Positions 26,939-39,042 of a stretch of 64,000 nucleotides of DNA are shown in pieces (the first letter of the stretch is position 1; the number at the start of each line of letters is the position of its first letter). The DNA is from a bacterium (GTDB taxonomy: Bacteria; SZUA-79; Acidulodesulfobacterales; Acidulodesulfobacteraceae). Under the pieces are notes generated by a model that did not search any database, was not told the origin of the DNA, and worked only from the letters and a program-made list of their open reading frames with translations. The position numbers and the translations under genes were made by a program. The stretch lies in contig JAKAQA010000001.1 of assembly GCA_021811805.1 (NCBI GenBank), positions 533 through 64,532 on the forward strand, written 5' to 3'.

Positions 26939-28492
26939 TTATGCAAATTTTCTATTAATAATATACTGCTGCGCAATGGTCAGAAGATTGTTGACCGTCC
27001 AGTACAAAAGAAGCCCCGCGGGGAAATGAATAAAAATAAAAGTAAAAACGACCGGAAGAATAAGCATTATTTTAGCCTGAGCAGGGTCTCCCACCATAGG
27101 GTTCATTTTTTGCGAAATTAACATGGATATACCCATTAATACAGGCAGGATATAATAAGGGTCCTGCATCGAAAGATTATGTATCCAGAATATGAACGGC
27201 GCGTTTCTGAGCTGTATGGACATTAACAGCGTCTGATATAACCCGTAAAAGACGGGAATTTGGAGCAGCATGGGCAGGCAGCCGCCGAACGGATTTACTT
27301 TGCTTTCTTTATAAAGCTCCATAATTTTTTTATTCAATTCGGCTTTATTGTCTTTATATTTTTCCCGCATTTCGTTAATTTTAGGGGTTAATTTCTGCAT
27401 CTGTTTCATCGATTTAAATCCGGTATAAGTAAGGGGATAAAATACTATCCTTATGCCTAAAACGAGAAGTATTATGGCAAGGCCGTAATTGTGGACAAAA
27501 CCGTAAAAAAACTCAAGTATGTGCAGCAGAATTATAGAAAAAAATCCGAAAAATCCGAAACTTAAAGTAGAGTTAAGATTGTGGTTTAAAGGCGTAAGCA
27601 GGGACAGCTTTTTCGGGCCCCCGTAAATTTTCAAAGAGGTTCCGGCGGTTTTTCCGGAAGGAACGGATAATGTTTTAGGTATTATAAAAGAAATAACACC
27701 GCCGTTTTTTTTGACGGATATATCGGTTCCGGGAGATACTGCCGAAAGCAGGAAATATTTAGAGTTAAAGCCTGCAAACGAAATATTTCCGCTGTATTTT
27801 GTTGTATTATTAATAACCGGGGTAATCAAACTTTTGTTTAGATAAACCGCGGGAGTGAAATTAACATAATTCAAACTCTTGGCAGAGGCAGGCTTTAAGG
27901 CGGCTGAAACAGTAAAATAACCTTTAAACGCAATTGGTTTATCGGTAAGGTTTTTAATATAAACCGCATCGGTAAAAAGATAATTTCCATCCGAGAATTT
28001 ATATTCTTTCGTTAAAATTAACTTATTGCCGATGCTATAAATAAATTTTATGATGCCGCTTTCTTTAGCTATTTTTATAAGCTTTATAGGCAGGTCTGTA
28101 TTTTTAGGAATAAAGTTAATCATTTCGGAAATATTTTTTGAATTGCCGAGATTGACTTTATTTTTTAAATCTTTTTCCGTATATGAATAGTTTAAAAGAT
28201 TTAAACTTGAAATTGCTCCGGTAGATTTATTGAAGCCAGCATAAATTTTTTTTCCCTCATACGATACGTTTTTAATATTTTGAACGGATTTTGATACCGT
28301 AATTAAATTTATCGGCCTTGCCGGAATATTTTTTTTTGCATTTGGCTCCGGTTTTTTAGCCGATGCGGCGGCTGAAACGACGGCCTGTTTTTTAACTGCA
28401 GCATGTTTTAGGGGGGCGTGAGGCATAAAATAGCCCCATGCTAAAATCAAAACTACCGATATGATAGAAGCGACTATAATTCTTTTTTCCAA
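26939..28492 (-). CDS. yidC: Membrane protein insertase YidC
   Basis: The track ORF extends to 28624 and overlaps yidD. TTG at 28492 follows an AAGGAG SD and gives LEKRIIVASIISVVL..., a typical N-terminal TM. The C-terminal conserved core includes KVNPFGGCLPMLLQIPVF. Confidence 0.9.
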   Translation of the reverse strand: MEKRIIVASIISVVLILAWGYFMPHAPLKHAAVKKQAVVSAAASAKKPEPNAKKNIPARPINLITVSKSVQNIKNVSYEGKKIYAGFNKSTGAISSLNLLNYSYTEKDLKNKVNLGNSKNISEMINFIPKNTDLPIKLIKIAKESGIIKFIYSIGNKLILTKEYKFSDGNYLFTDAVYIKNLTDKPIAFKGYFTVSAALKPASAKSLNYVNFTPAVYLNKSLITPVINNTTKYSGNISFAGFNSKYFLLSAVSPGTDISVKKNGGVISFIIPKTLSVPSGKTAGTSLKIYGGPKKLSLLTPLNHNLNSTLSFGFFGFFSIILLHILEFFYGFVHNYGLAIILLVLGIRIVFYPLTYTGFKSMKQMQKLTPKINEMREKYKDNKAELNKKIMELYKESKVNPFGGCLPMLLQIPVFYGLYQTLLMSIQLRNAPFIFWIHNLSMQDPYYILPVLMGISMLISQKMNPMVGDPAQAKIMLILPVVFTFIFIHFPAGLLLYWTVNNLLTIAQQYIINRKFA

Positions 28493-28514
28493 AAAGTCTC
28501 CTTTTTTATGAAAA

Positions 28515-28745
28515 TTAATATAGATGTTTGTGAACAGGGTCAAATCCGCCTTTAGAGAGCGGATTACACCTGATAATCCTATAAATAGACATGTATAGGG
28601 CCTTAATAAAACCGAACGACTCAAAGCATTCGACCGCGTATTCGGAACAGGTAGGATAAAACCTGCAGCTTTGGGGCAATAACGGAGATAAAAACTTTTT
28701 ATAAGAAATTATCAGCAGTATAAAAAATTTATTTAACATCTTCAT
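28515..28745 (-). CDS. yidD: Membrane protein insertion efficiency factor YidD
   Basis: 76 aa with CRFYPTCSEYA and the conserved position between rnpA and yidC. Confidence 0.9.
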   Translation of the reverse strand: MKMLNKFFILLIISYKKFLSPLLPQSCRFYPTCSEYAVECFESFGFIKALYMSIYRIIRCNPLSKGGFDPVHKHLY

Positions 28746-29068
28746 ATCGTTAATAGGAATTCAAGTTCTTTTAATAATTGAATTTTAGAAGCAGGAATTT
28801 TTACGATTAATATTGCGCAATCTATCTCTTTAAGATTATACTGATTAAGCCTTATAAATTCTTTAATCTGCCTTTTTAATTTATTGCGCCTTACCGAATT
28901 TAAGAGTTTTTTTTTAAAAGTAATTAAAAATTTAAACCGGGGGGATTCGACGTAAAATATGATTGAAACTTTTTGAGGTTTTTTATTTCCCTGCTTAAAA
29001 ATATAATTTATAAATTCTTTATCTTTTAATTTAAAAAGTTCACTCGATTTAAAATTTATTTTAGGCAT
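28742..29068 (-). CDS. rnpA: RNase P protein component
   Basis: 108 aa basic protein with an RNR-like motif (VRRNKLKRQIKE), located between rpmH and yidD. Confidence 0.9.
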   Translation of the reverse strand: MPKINFKSSELFKLKDKEFINYIFKQGNKKPQKVSIIFYVESPRFKFLITFKKKLLNSVRRNKLKRQIKEFIRLNQYNLKEIDCAILIVKIPASKIQLLKELEFLLTI

Positions 29069-29087
29069 CTTAACGCATAAAACTTAT

Positions 29088-29237
29088 TTATTTAGAACTA
29101 ATTACCGGGACCAGTATTTTGCGCCCCTTTCTCCTGCGTCTCGATAAAACCAATCTTCCGTTCTTTGTGCTCATTCTGCTCAAAAAACCGTGGGTTCTTT
29201 TTCTCTTTAATTTACTTGGCTGAAATGTGCGTTTCAT
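29088..29237 (-). CDS. rpmH: 50S ribosomal protein L34
   Basis: Below the track length cutoff. My translation is [49 protein letters not shown], a textbook L34. Confidence 0.93.
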   Translation of the reverse strand: MKRTFQPSKLKRKRTHGFLSRMSTKNGRLVLSRRRRKGRKILVPVISSK

Positions 29238-29634
29238 AAGATTTGCTCCAAACTAAATATTATATTGAAATTATGACAAATTTTTATTAAAGCAAATTAG
29301 TATTAAGATGTCAAGTTTTTTTATTTTCAATTTAACCCGTAACTTATGATAATATATGGACGAATGCAGACTTTCATTAATTAACATATTGATTTTACAA
29401 GAAATAATTTGATAAAATTTAATTGAAATATATTTAAAAATTTGATAATGTTGATTTGTCTAATTTTATTTATAATTTAAATCTAAAAAATAATAGGAAA
29501 ATTAGGCAGATTTATTATAAAATGGTTGGCCTAAGTTCTTGTAATTATTATACTATTTGAGTTATCAACAATTGTTGGCAACTCTGTTTAATTTTAATAT
29601 TCCTATCTTTAATAAAAAATTTCAAATATATTTT
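29238..29634. other. Candidate oriC part 1 / dnaA control region (very AT-rich rpmH-dnaA spacer)
   Basis: 397-bp AT-rich spacer at the point where gene orientation switches from minus (rpmH) to plus (dnaA). It contains the DnaA-box-like palindrome listed separately. Confidence 0.45.
29562..29581. promoter_or_regulatory. Inverted pair of DnaA-box-like 9-mers around a perfect 12-bp palindrome
   Basis: TTATCAACA (29562-29570) has 1 mismatch to TTATCCACA. It overlaps the palindrome CAACAATTGTTG (29566-29577). The inverted partner TTGCCAACA has 3 mismatches. The pair sits about 60 nt upstream of the dnaA ATG. Confidence 0.4.
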
Positions 29635-31008
29635 ATGGATAAAGTCGAACCTTTACTTGAAGAATTAAAAAAAGAAATCGGCGCCAGTAATTTCAATATA
29701 TGGTTTAATCCTACCGATATATGTTTAAATAATAATACTTTAATATTTTCCGTTCCCAATAAATTTTTTAAAGACATCATTAATGAATCGTATAAAGAAA
29801 CTATTGTAAATATCTGGAAAAATTTAGATAACCAAGAAGAACTTAATTTTATTTATAATATCAATGAAAGCCCCGAAGCGGCCAATGCCGGAGAAAACAA
29901 TATCCGCATTCAGGGCATAGAAAATAATAATTTAAATAAATCTACGGGCATAGAAAAAATTGCAGAAAATAAAAAAAATCTAAAAAAAATCTACCTCAAC
30001 GTAAATTCAAAATATACTTTTGAAAATTTTGTTATAGGCTCTGGCAACCAATTTGCCCACGCTGCAAGTTTTGCGGTCGCCAATCTGCCGGGACAGACAT
30101 ATAATCCTATGTTTATTTACAGCGACGTCGGACTCGGCAAAACGCACCTGCTTAATGCTATTGCAAATAAGATAATAAAAGAAAAAAATTTAACCGTATA
30201 TCTCGTTTCCTCCGAAAAATTTACCAACGAAATGATTACGTCTATCAGGGACGATAAAATGGTTGAATTCAGAAACAGATATAGAAACGTAGATGTTCTG
30301 CTTATTGACGATATACAATTTATTGCTGGAAAAGAAAGAACTCAGGAAGAATTTTTTTATACTTTTAACGCTTTATATGAAAATCAAAAACAGATAGTCG
30401 TATCAAGCGATAAAATACCTAAAGATATAGTAAGCCTAGAGGAAAGGATAAGGTCAAGATTTGAATGGGGATTAATAGCCGATATTCAGCCTCCTGATTT
30501 TGAAACCCGCGTTGCCATTCTTAAGAAAAAAGCCTTATTAAATAATATTAATTTCCCTGATGATGTTTTAAACCTTTTAGCTAATAAAATCAGTTCCAAT
30601 ATAAGGGAATTAGAAGGGGCGATGATTAAAATATCTGCATATTCGTCTTTTACCGGAAAACCTATTACCATCGACCTTGCAATTGAAGCGACGTCAAATT
30701 TACTTAAGGAAAATGAAAAAGTTATAACGGCGGAAAATGTTATAAAATCCGTATGTAATTATTTTAATATTAAAATCGGCGATATTAAATCAAATAAAAA
30801 ATTAAAAGAATTTGTGGAACCCCGTCAAATCGCCATGTATTTAATAAGAAATTATACAGAATTATCGTTTCCCGAAATAGGCGATAAATTCGGCGGTAAA
30901 GATCATTCTTCTATAATTTATGCGGTAAATAAAGTTAAAAAGAATTTAGAAAACAATGAAGGGTTAGAAAAAATATTAAGTAATATTATTAAAATGATAA
31001 AAAAATAA
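29635..31008 (+). CDS. dnaA: Chromosomal replication initiator DnaA
   Basis: Walker A GLGKTHL, the VLLIDDIQF box, sensor and arginine-finger region, and the C-terminal DNA-binding helix GGKDHSSIIYA. The ATG at 29635 (MDKVEPLLEEL...) is preferred over the track TTG at 29557. Confidence 0.95.
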   Translation: MDKVEPLLEELKKEIGASNFNIWFNPTDICLNNNTLIFSVPNKFFKDIINESYKETIVNIWKNLDNQEELNFIYNINESPEAANAGENNIRIQGIENNNLNKSTGIEKIAENKKNLKKIYLNVNSKYTFENFVIGSGNQFAHAASFAVANLPGQTYNPMFIYSDVGLGKTHLLNAIANKIIKEKNLTVYLVSSEKFTNEMITSIRDDKMVEFRNRYRNVDVLLIDDIQFIAGKERTQEEFFYTFNALYENQKQIVVSSDKIPKDIVSLEERIRSRFEWGLIADIQPPDFETRVAILKKKALLNNINFPDDVLNLLANKISSNIRELEGAMIKISAYSSFTGKPITIDLAIEATSNLLKENEKVITAENVIKSVCNYFNIKIGDIKSNKKLKEFVEPRQIAMYLIRNYTELSFPEIGDKFGGKDHSSIIYAVNKVKKNLENNEGLEKILSNIIKMIKK

Positions 31009-31219
31009 TATATAACTATGTTTAATTTATGTTTAATTTTTTTATGTAAAAAATATTAAACAATTTTATTAAAAATATATAGTAAAATTACACAGGTTTA
31101 TAAGTATTAATATGTTTATAATTATAATTACTTAAGTATTTATAAACTTTTTAAACGCTACTATTACTATTAATGTTTTTTAAATTAATTAATAAAAATA
31201 ATAAAAGGCTCGGCTAATT
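31009..31219. other. Candidate oriC part 2 (dnaA-dnaN spacer with unwinding-element features)
   Basis: 211-bp spacer of extreme AT content. It has a tandem 11-mer ATGTTTAATTT x2 (31018-31039), three GTTTATAA motifs, and the trio-like triplets listed separately. Confidence 0.4.
31158..31172. promoter_or_regulatory. Five consecutive DnaA-trio-like triplets
   Basis: The top strand reads CTA CTA TTA CTA TTA, so the bottom strand reads 3'-GAT GAT AAT GAT AAT-5'. A CG dinucleotide precedes them and a long A/T tract follows. Confidence 0.35.
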
Positions 31220-32476
31220 ATGTTGAATTTTAAAATTAAAAAGCAAATTTTTTTAAATTGTCTGTCGGCGGTTCAGGGAGCTTCCGAGAAAAAAGGCTCA
31301 ATGCCCATAATTTCTAATTTGCTTATAGAAAGCATAGAAAATAATTTAATTAAAGTAAGCGCGACCGATTTGGAAATCAGCATTGTAACATACTGTAACG
31401 CCGAAATTATATCTGAAGGTAAAACAACGGTAAATTCAAAAAAAATATATAATATTATAAAAGAATTTCCGGAAAGTAAAGAAAAAAAAGATAAAGATGA
31501 GGATTTATTTATAAAATTTATTGAAAATGAAGCGGGAGTAGTTACTATAAGCTATAAAAAAACGGTTTTTAAATTAACTACCGTTCCGGCAAGTGATTAT
31601 CCTACTATTATAAATTTCGAGTCCGAGGATAATTTTAATATCGAATTAAAAACTTTTAAAACGCTTATTAGTAAAGTAATACTTTCTACCGCGGCATCGG
31701 AAGATACAAAAAGAAATCTTACTGGGGTTTATTTTGTTTTAGAAGAAGCGGACGGTAAAGATTATCTTAGATTAGTTGCAACCGACGGGCATAGATTATC
31801 TTTAGCCCAATCCGAAATTAATTATAACGGAAAAAAAGACGGCGGGATTTATGATTTACTAAAAACAGGCGTTATAATCCCAAGAAAAATTTTAACCGAA
31901 GTTTTAAAATTAGACAAAGAAGGTTTTATTAAAATTTTAATAAATTCCAATAATGTAATTTTTGAATTTGAAAAACAATCCGATAACTTAAATAAAAATA
32001 CTAAGCTTATATCTAGGCTTATAGAAGGAAAATTTCCGGATTATAATACTGTTCTTCCTAAAGATGGCTATAAAACTTCAATAATTAACACGAAAAATTT
32101 TTATAATTCTATTAAAATGGTTTCGCTGCTTGCCGAAGAAAAAAGTCATTCGATAGAGTTGAGTTTTAGCGAAAATAATCTATTAATTAAAACGGTTAAT
32201 ACAAATATAGGAGAAGGAAGCGACGAATTGGAAATTAATTATAAAGGCGAACCGATAAGTATTAAATTAAATTCGAGATATATTATGGATTTTATTTCAA
32301 ATATTAACGAAAATAATTTAAGCGTTAAGTTTAATACTATTTATACCCCTTTTGTTATCGAACCGTATATAATATCGGAACATGCGTCCGACAGTAACGA
32401 TAATACCGGTAAAACGAATAATAATGCGGTTAAGCCAATGCAGGTTATAGGTATATTTATGCCGATGAGATATTAA
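31220..32476 (+). CDS. dnaN: DNA polymerase III beta sliding clamp
   Basis: 418 aa. Block LVATDGHRLS and C-terminal FMPMRY are present. It carries low-complexity insertions relative to ~370-aa clamps. Confidence 0.93.
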   Translation: MLNFKIKKQIFLNCLSAVQGASEKKGSMPIISNLLIESIENNLIKVSATDLEISIVTYCNAEIISEGKTTVNSKKIYNIIKEFPESKEKKDKDEDLFIKFIENEAGVVTISYKKTVFKLTTVPASDYPTIINFESEDNFNIELKTFKTLISKVILSTAASEDTKRNLTGVYFVLEEADGKDYLRLVATDGHRLSLAQSEINYNGKKDGGIYDLLKTGVIIPRKILTEVLKLDKEGFIKILINSNNVIFEFEKQSDNLNKNTKLISRLIEGKFPDYNTVLPKDGYKTSIINTKNFYNSIKMVSLLAEEKSHSIELSFSENNLLIKTVNTNIGEGSDELEINYKGEPISIKLNSRYIMDFISNINENNLSVKFNTIYTPFVIEPYIISEHASDSNDNTGKTNNNAVKPMQVIGIFMPMRY

Positions 32477-32480
32477 TTAA

Positions 32481-35317
<2,837 letters not shown>

Positions 35318-35377
35318 TTTTACCTCTCTCTTTAGATCGATTATATAATAATTTATTAAAATATTCAAATTTCTTTT

Positions 35378-36016
35378 ATGCTATACGTAAACGATATTTT
35401 TTACAGCATTCAAGGAGAATCCTCTTTTGCAGGGTATCCGTGCAAGTTTGTAAGGCTTGCCGGATGCAACCTTAGATGCGGCTATTGCGATACTAAAGAG
35501 GCCTTGGATATTAAAAATTCCAGACTGTTAAGCATCGGCGAAATAATAAGCGCTTTATATTCTATCGGGGGCGGCAATAATATAAGGCTTATAGAAATAA
35601 CGGGCGGCGAACCACTGCTTCAGGAAGAGACATTTGACCTATTCGGCGAACTTATTAAATTAAATTATTTCGTTTTGTTAGAAACCAACGGAACGATAAG
35701 TTTAAAAAAAGTACATAAAAAAGTCGTTAAGATTATCGACGTTAAATGTCCTTCCAGCGGTTTTTCAAAAGAATTTAACTACGAAAATTTAAAATATATA
35801 GGCATGTCCGACGAGGTAAAGTTTGTTATGGGGACGGAGGAAGATTACGATTTTGCAAAAGATTTTTTAAAGATAAATAAAATTAATACTAATAAATTAA
35901 TATTTTCTGCTGTTGAAGGCTCTATGCCTTCAAAAGAACTGGCGGAAAAAATTTTAAAAGACTGTTTAAACGTTAGATTAGGAATACAACTGCATAAGGT
36001 CTTGCGACTTAAATAG
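35378..36016 (+). CDS. queE: 7-carboxy-7-deazaguanine synthase (radical SAM)
   Basis: 212 aa with IQGES, CNLRCGYCDT (CxxxCxxC) and GGEPLLQ. Confidence 0.88.
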   Translation: MLYVNDIFYSIQGESSFAGYPCKFVRLAGCNLRCGYCDTKEALDIKNSRLLSIGEIISALYSIGGGNNIRLIEITGGEPLLQEETFDLFGELIKLNYFVLLETNGTISLKKVHKKVVKIIDVKCPSSGFSKEFNYENLKYIGMSDEVKFVMGTEEDYDFAKDFLKINKINTNKLIFSAVEGSMPSKELAEKILKDCLNVRLGIQLHKVLRLK

Positions 36017-36037
36017 CGCAATGGCGCCGATGATGCA

Positions 36038-36460
36038 TTAAGGCGTCATTTTTCCGCCCTTACCCGATAAAGTCATAATATTATTAAAAACGAAGATGCA
36101 AATTCCTATAAACTCCATAGAAGCAAATAAGCCAAGAATTAAAACCGGATAAAATCCCGATATAATATCGTTAAAAACAATCCAGGTTAAAGCCATTCCG
36201 ATTAAGCCGACATTAGTCAGGTAAAATTGAACGGTTACAAGGAACCCGCTGTATAGATTAAACCCGCTGAATCTCGGCAGAACATGGTAGCCGACCGAAT
36301 AAATCATCATAGCGATAAATCCGAGCAAAAGAAAATGAACATGCGCTAAAAGCAGATATCCTATCGATTGCGGATATACCGCCATAATTAAGCCTAAACC
36401 CGTTCCTATTACCAGATAAAGCAGGGAAGCTACCGTAAAATATCTTATTATAGGACTCAT
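36038..36460 (-). CDS. Small 4-TM membrane protein with heme-copper-oxidase subunit I-like His motif; function unknown
   Basis: 140 aa. AHVHFLLLGFIAMMIYSVGYHVLPRFSG resembles helix VII/VIII of oxidase subunit I. This is a weak, pattern-level call only. Confidence 0.4.
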   Translation of the reverse strand: MSPIIRYFTVASLLYLVIGTGLGLIMAVYPQSIGYLLLAHVHFLLLGFIAMMIYSVGYHVLPRFSGFNLYSGFLVTVQFYLTNVGLIGMALTWIVFNDIISGFYPVLILGLFASMEFIGICIFVFNNIMTLSGKGGKMTP

Positions 36461-36517
36461 AATGATAATATTCTATCAAATAAATTTATAAGTTTTTATG
36501 ATTAATGTCACATTTAT

Positions 36518-37153
36518 TTACGTTTTTAAATTTTTATAATATTTGCAGTAGTTTTTTAAAAAACAATCGGGGCATTTCGGGTTTCTTGCGGTGCAGTAAG
36601 TTCGTCCGTGGCAGATCAGCCACCGGTGCATTTTCATCCACAGGCTTGAAGGTATTATTTTGATCAGGTCGTCCTCGGTTTTTTCCGGCGTATTGGAATC
36701 TGCCAAGCCTATACGGTTTGTAACCCGAAAAACATGGGTATCCACCGGAAACCGGGCTTCATTAAAATATGTACCGAGTATAACGTTTGCCGATTTTCTT
36801 CCCACGCCCGGAAGAGATACTAGGGCGCCAAAATTTTCGGGAACGGCATCGTTGTATTTTTCGGCAAGGATTTTTGAAGCTCCTATGATATTTTTAGCCT
36901 TATTATGAAACATACCGCAGGTTTTAATTTCTTTTTCGAATTCTTCTATTTTTTTCCCTGCAAGGTCGGAGGGTTTAGCGTATAGTTTGAAAAGTTTATC
37001 CGTTATTATATTAACCCTTTTATCGGTGCACTGGGCGGAAAGAACGACGGCGATTAAAAGCTGAAAAGCATTGCTGAAGTTTAAAAACGGTTTTAAATCG
37101 CCGTAATTTTTTTCTAGCAGATTTATAATAGAAGCAGTATCTTTATTTTTCAA
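36518..37153 (-). CDS. nth: Endonuclease III
   Basis: 211 aa. HhH-GPD motif LVSLPGVGRKSANVILG and C-terminal 4Fe-4S loop CTARNPKCPDCFLKNYC. Confidence 0.93.
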   Translation of the reverse strand: MKNKDTASIINLLEKNYGDLKPFLNFSNAFQLLIAVVLSAQCTDKRVNIITDKLFKLYAKPSDLAGKKIEEFEKEIKTCGMFHNKAKNIIGASKILAEKYNDAVPENFGALVSLPGVGRKSANVILGTYFNEARFPVDTHVFRVTNRIGLADSNTPEKTEDDLIKIIPSSLWMKMHRWLICHGRTYCTARNPKCPDCFLKNYCKYYKNLKT

Positions 37154-37168
37154 TATTTTTTTACAATC

Positions 37169-37585
37169 TTACAATATTTCAAAAACATTAAAAAAGTATG
37201 GAATTTCAAATTTCGCGGATTCTAACGAATCCGACCCATGGACGACATTTCTTTCGATGCTTTCGGCAAACATTTTTCTAATAGTGCCGTCTTTCGCGTC
37301 CTTAGGATTTGTAGCGCCCATAATGTCCCTATTTTTCAATATAGCGTTTTCGCAGGATAAAACCATCGGCATAATCGGACCTTCGGTCATAAAAGCAACT
37401 AAACTGTTAAAAAACGGCCTTTCTTTATGAATACAATAAAAACCTTCAGCCTGTTTTTTAGTAAGATGAACTTTTTTTAAGGCTTTAATTTCAAAGCCGT
37501 TTTCTTCGAATATCGAAATAATTTTTCCCGACAGTCCTTTTTTGACCCCATCCGGTTTAATAATTGAAAGCGTCTGCTCCATCAT
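37169..37585 (-). CDS. ndk: Nucleoside diphosphate kinase
   Basis: 138 aa with [10 protein letters not shown] and the active-site NVVHGSDS. Confidence 0.95.
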   Translation of the reverse strand: MMEQTLSIIKPDGVKKGLSGKIISIFEENGFEIKALKKVHLTKKQAEGFYCIHKERPFFNSLVAFMTEGPIMPMVLSCENAILKNRDIMGATNPKDAKDGTIRKMFAESIERNVVHGSDSLESAKFEIPYFFNVFEIL

Positions 37586-37604
37586 TGGATATGCCCCTTT
37601 TTAT

Positions 37605-38159
37605 TTATTTGTTATTTTTGATTTCTTTTCCTAATCTAAAACCAATTTCAAGGGCTTTTTTGTTATAATCTTCAAATCCCTTAGGCACTCTTTTCATTAA
37701 GGCTTTTTCAATGGAATCACGTGATACCGCACCTGATATTTCGACTAATATGCCAAGGGCAATAATGTTTAATCCTAAAAGCTTGCCCAGCTCTTCCCTT
37801 GCGGATTTTACCATATCCAGCATATACAGCTTTCCTTTTGCCTTCGATAAATCGGTTACGAGTTCTTTATCGGCTATAACGATGCCATCGTCTTTGACGT
37901 CGTTTATATATTTGTTAAAGGATTCCTGAGTCAACGAAACCATATAATCAACTTTTGTAGCTTTTGGATACTCTATCGGGGCGTCCGATATGATTACTTC
38001 GGATTTGCTTGAGCCCCCTCTTGCTTCAGGACCGTAAGACTGGGTTTGAACCGCATTTTTATTTTCATAAATTGCCGCGGCGTCGGCCAGTATAATTCCG
38101 GCCAGTATTAATCCCTGGCCTCCGGAACCTGAAAACCTGAATTCAATTCTGTCGCTCAT
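37605..38159 (-). CDS. oorC: 2-oxoglutarate:ferredoxin oxidoreductase gamma subunit
   Basis: 184 aa with GSGGQGLILAG. It is the last gene of a delta-alpha-beta-gamma set whose subunit sizes match OorDABC. Confidence 0.8.
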   Translation of the reverse strand: MSDRIEFRFSGSGGQGLILAGIILADAAAIYENKNAVQTQSYGPEARGGSSKSEVIISDAPIEYPKATKVDYMVSLTQESFNKYINDVKDDGIVIADKELVTDLSKAKGKLYMLDMVKSAREELGKLLGLNIIALGILVEISGAVSRDSIEKALMKRVPKGFEDYNKKALEIGFRLGKEIKNNK

Positions 38160-38181
38160 ATTTTAATTACCCTCTTTTAAA

Positions 38182-39009
38182 TTATTTTGTTTTTATAGAT
38201 TCCAATTTTTTATAATATTCCGAGCTAAATTCCGGTTTATCGGTTTTTTCAAACAAAACCCCGGTTTTAAATCTTCCTGCCAGCTCTTCGGCAGACATAT
38301 TTTCGGCCGAACGCGCGGCTATGGCTTTTTCTTTCTGATATTTAACCATATCTACCGGAGATTTCATTTTATTTCTCCTTCCGTATGAAATATGACAGTT
38401 AGTAATAACGTCGAGTACCGAAAAACCTGTATGGTTCAGCGCGTTTACCATAAATTTTTCAAGCTGAACGGCATGATATGAAGTTGAACGGCCGACCCAT
38501 GTAGCTCCGGCGGCCTGCGCCAAATTACACACGTCGAAAGGAGATTCTATATTCCCGAAAGGCGTAGTAGTAGAATAGCTGTCTAAAGGCTGAGTGGGGG
38601 AATACTGTCCGCCCGTCATTCCGTAAGTGTAGTTGTTAAAAACGATTAAAGTCATGTCTATATTTCTTCTCGCTGCATGGATAAAATGGTTTCCTCCTAT
38701 CGCTAATGCATCGCCGTCGCCCGAAATAGTAATGACTTTAAGTTTAGGCTTATACATCTTGATTCCGATCGCAAATGTCAGTGCTCTTCCGTGTGTAGTG
38801 TGAATCGTGTTAAAATCTACATATCCGGGAAGCCTTGAAGCGCATCCGATGCCGGAGGTTATAACTACCTCGTCCTTTGGATATCCACATTTATGTATTG
38901 CTCTTAACAGCGCCTTAAGAATAATCCCGTCTCCGCAACCCGGACACCAGATATGCGGCAGTGTATTTTTTCGCAGATAATAATCATAATTGAATTTTGT
39001 TTTTATCAT
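38182..39009 (-). CDS. oorB: 2-oxoglutarate:ferredoxin oxidoreductase beta subunit (TPP-binding)
   Basis: 275 aa with WCPGCGDG and the GDGD...GGNH TPP motif. Confidence 0.85.
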   Translation of the reverse strand: MIKTKFNYDYYLRKNTLPHIWCPGCGDGIILKALLRAIHKCGYPKDEVVITSGIGCASRLPGYVDFNTIHTTHGRALTFAIGIKMYKPKLKVITISGDGDALAIGGNHFIHAARRNIDMTLIVFNNYTYGMTGGQYSPTQPLDSYSTTTPFGNIESPFDVCNLAQAAGATWVGRSTSYHAVQLEKFMVNALNHTGFSVLDVITNCHISYGRRNKMKSPVDMVKYQKEKAIAARSAENMSAEELAGRFKTGVLFEKTDKPEFSSEYYKKLESIKTK

Positions 39010-39042
39010 TTTAAAATCTCCCGACTCAAGTTAAAAAAATAA

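Noticed and set aside
28493-28624. Long N-terminal extension of yidC overlapping yidD by 110 nt (track ORF start at 28624).
   Set aside because: The extension has no YidC similarity. A TTG at 28492 preceded by AAGGAG gives a normal signal-anchor N-terminus and removes the overlap.
29557-29634. dnaA starting at TTG 29557 (track ORF).
   Set aside because: The extra 26 residues are unlike DnaA N-termini, and the start would fall inside the DnaA-box palindrome. The ATG at 29635 begins the conserved domain I sequence. Neither start has a clear SD, so this remains a judgement call.
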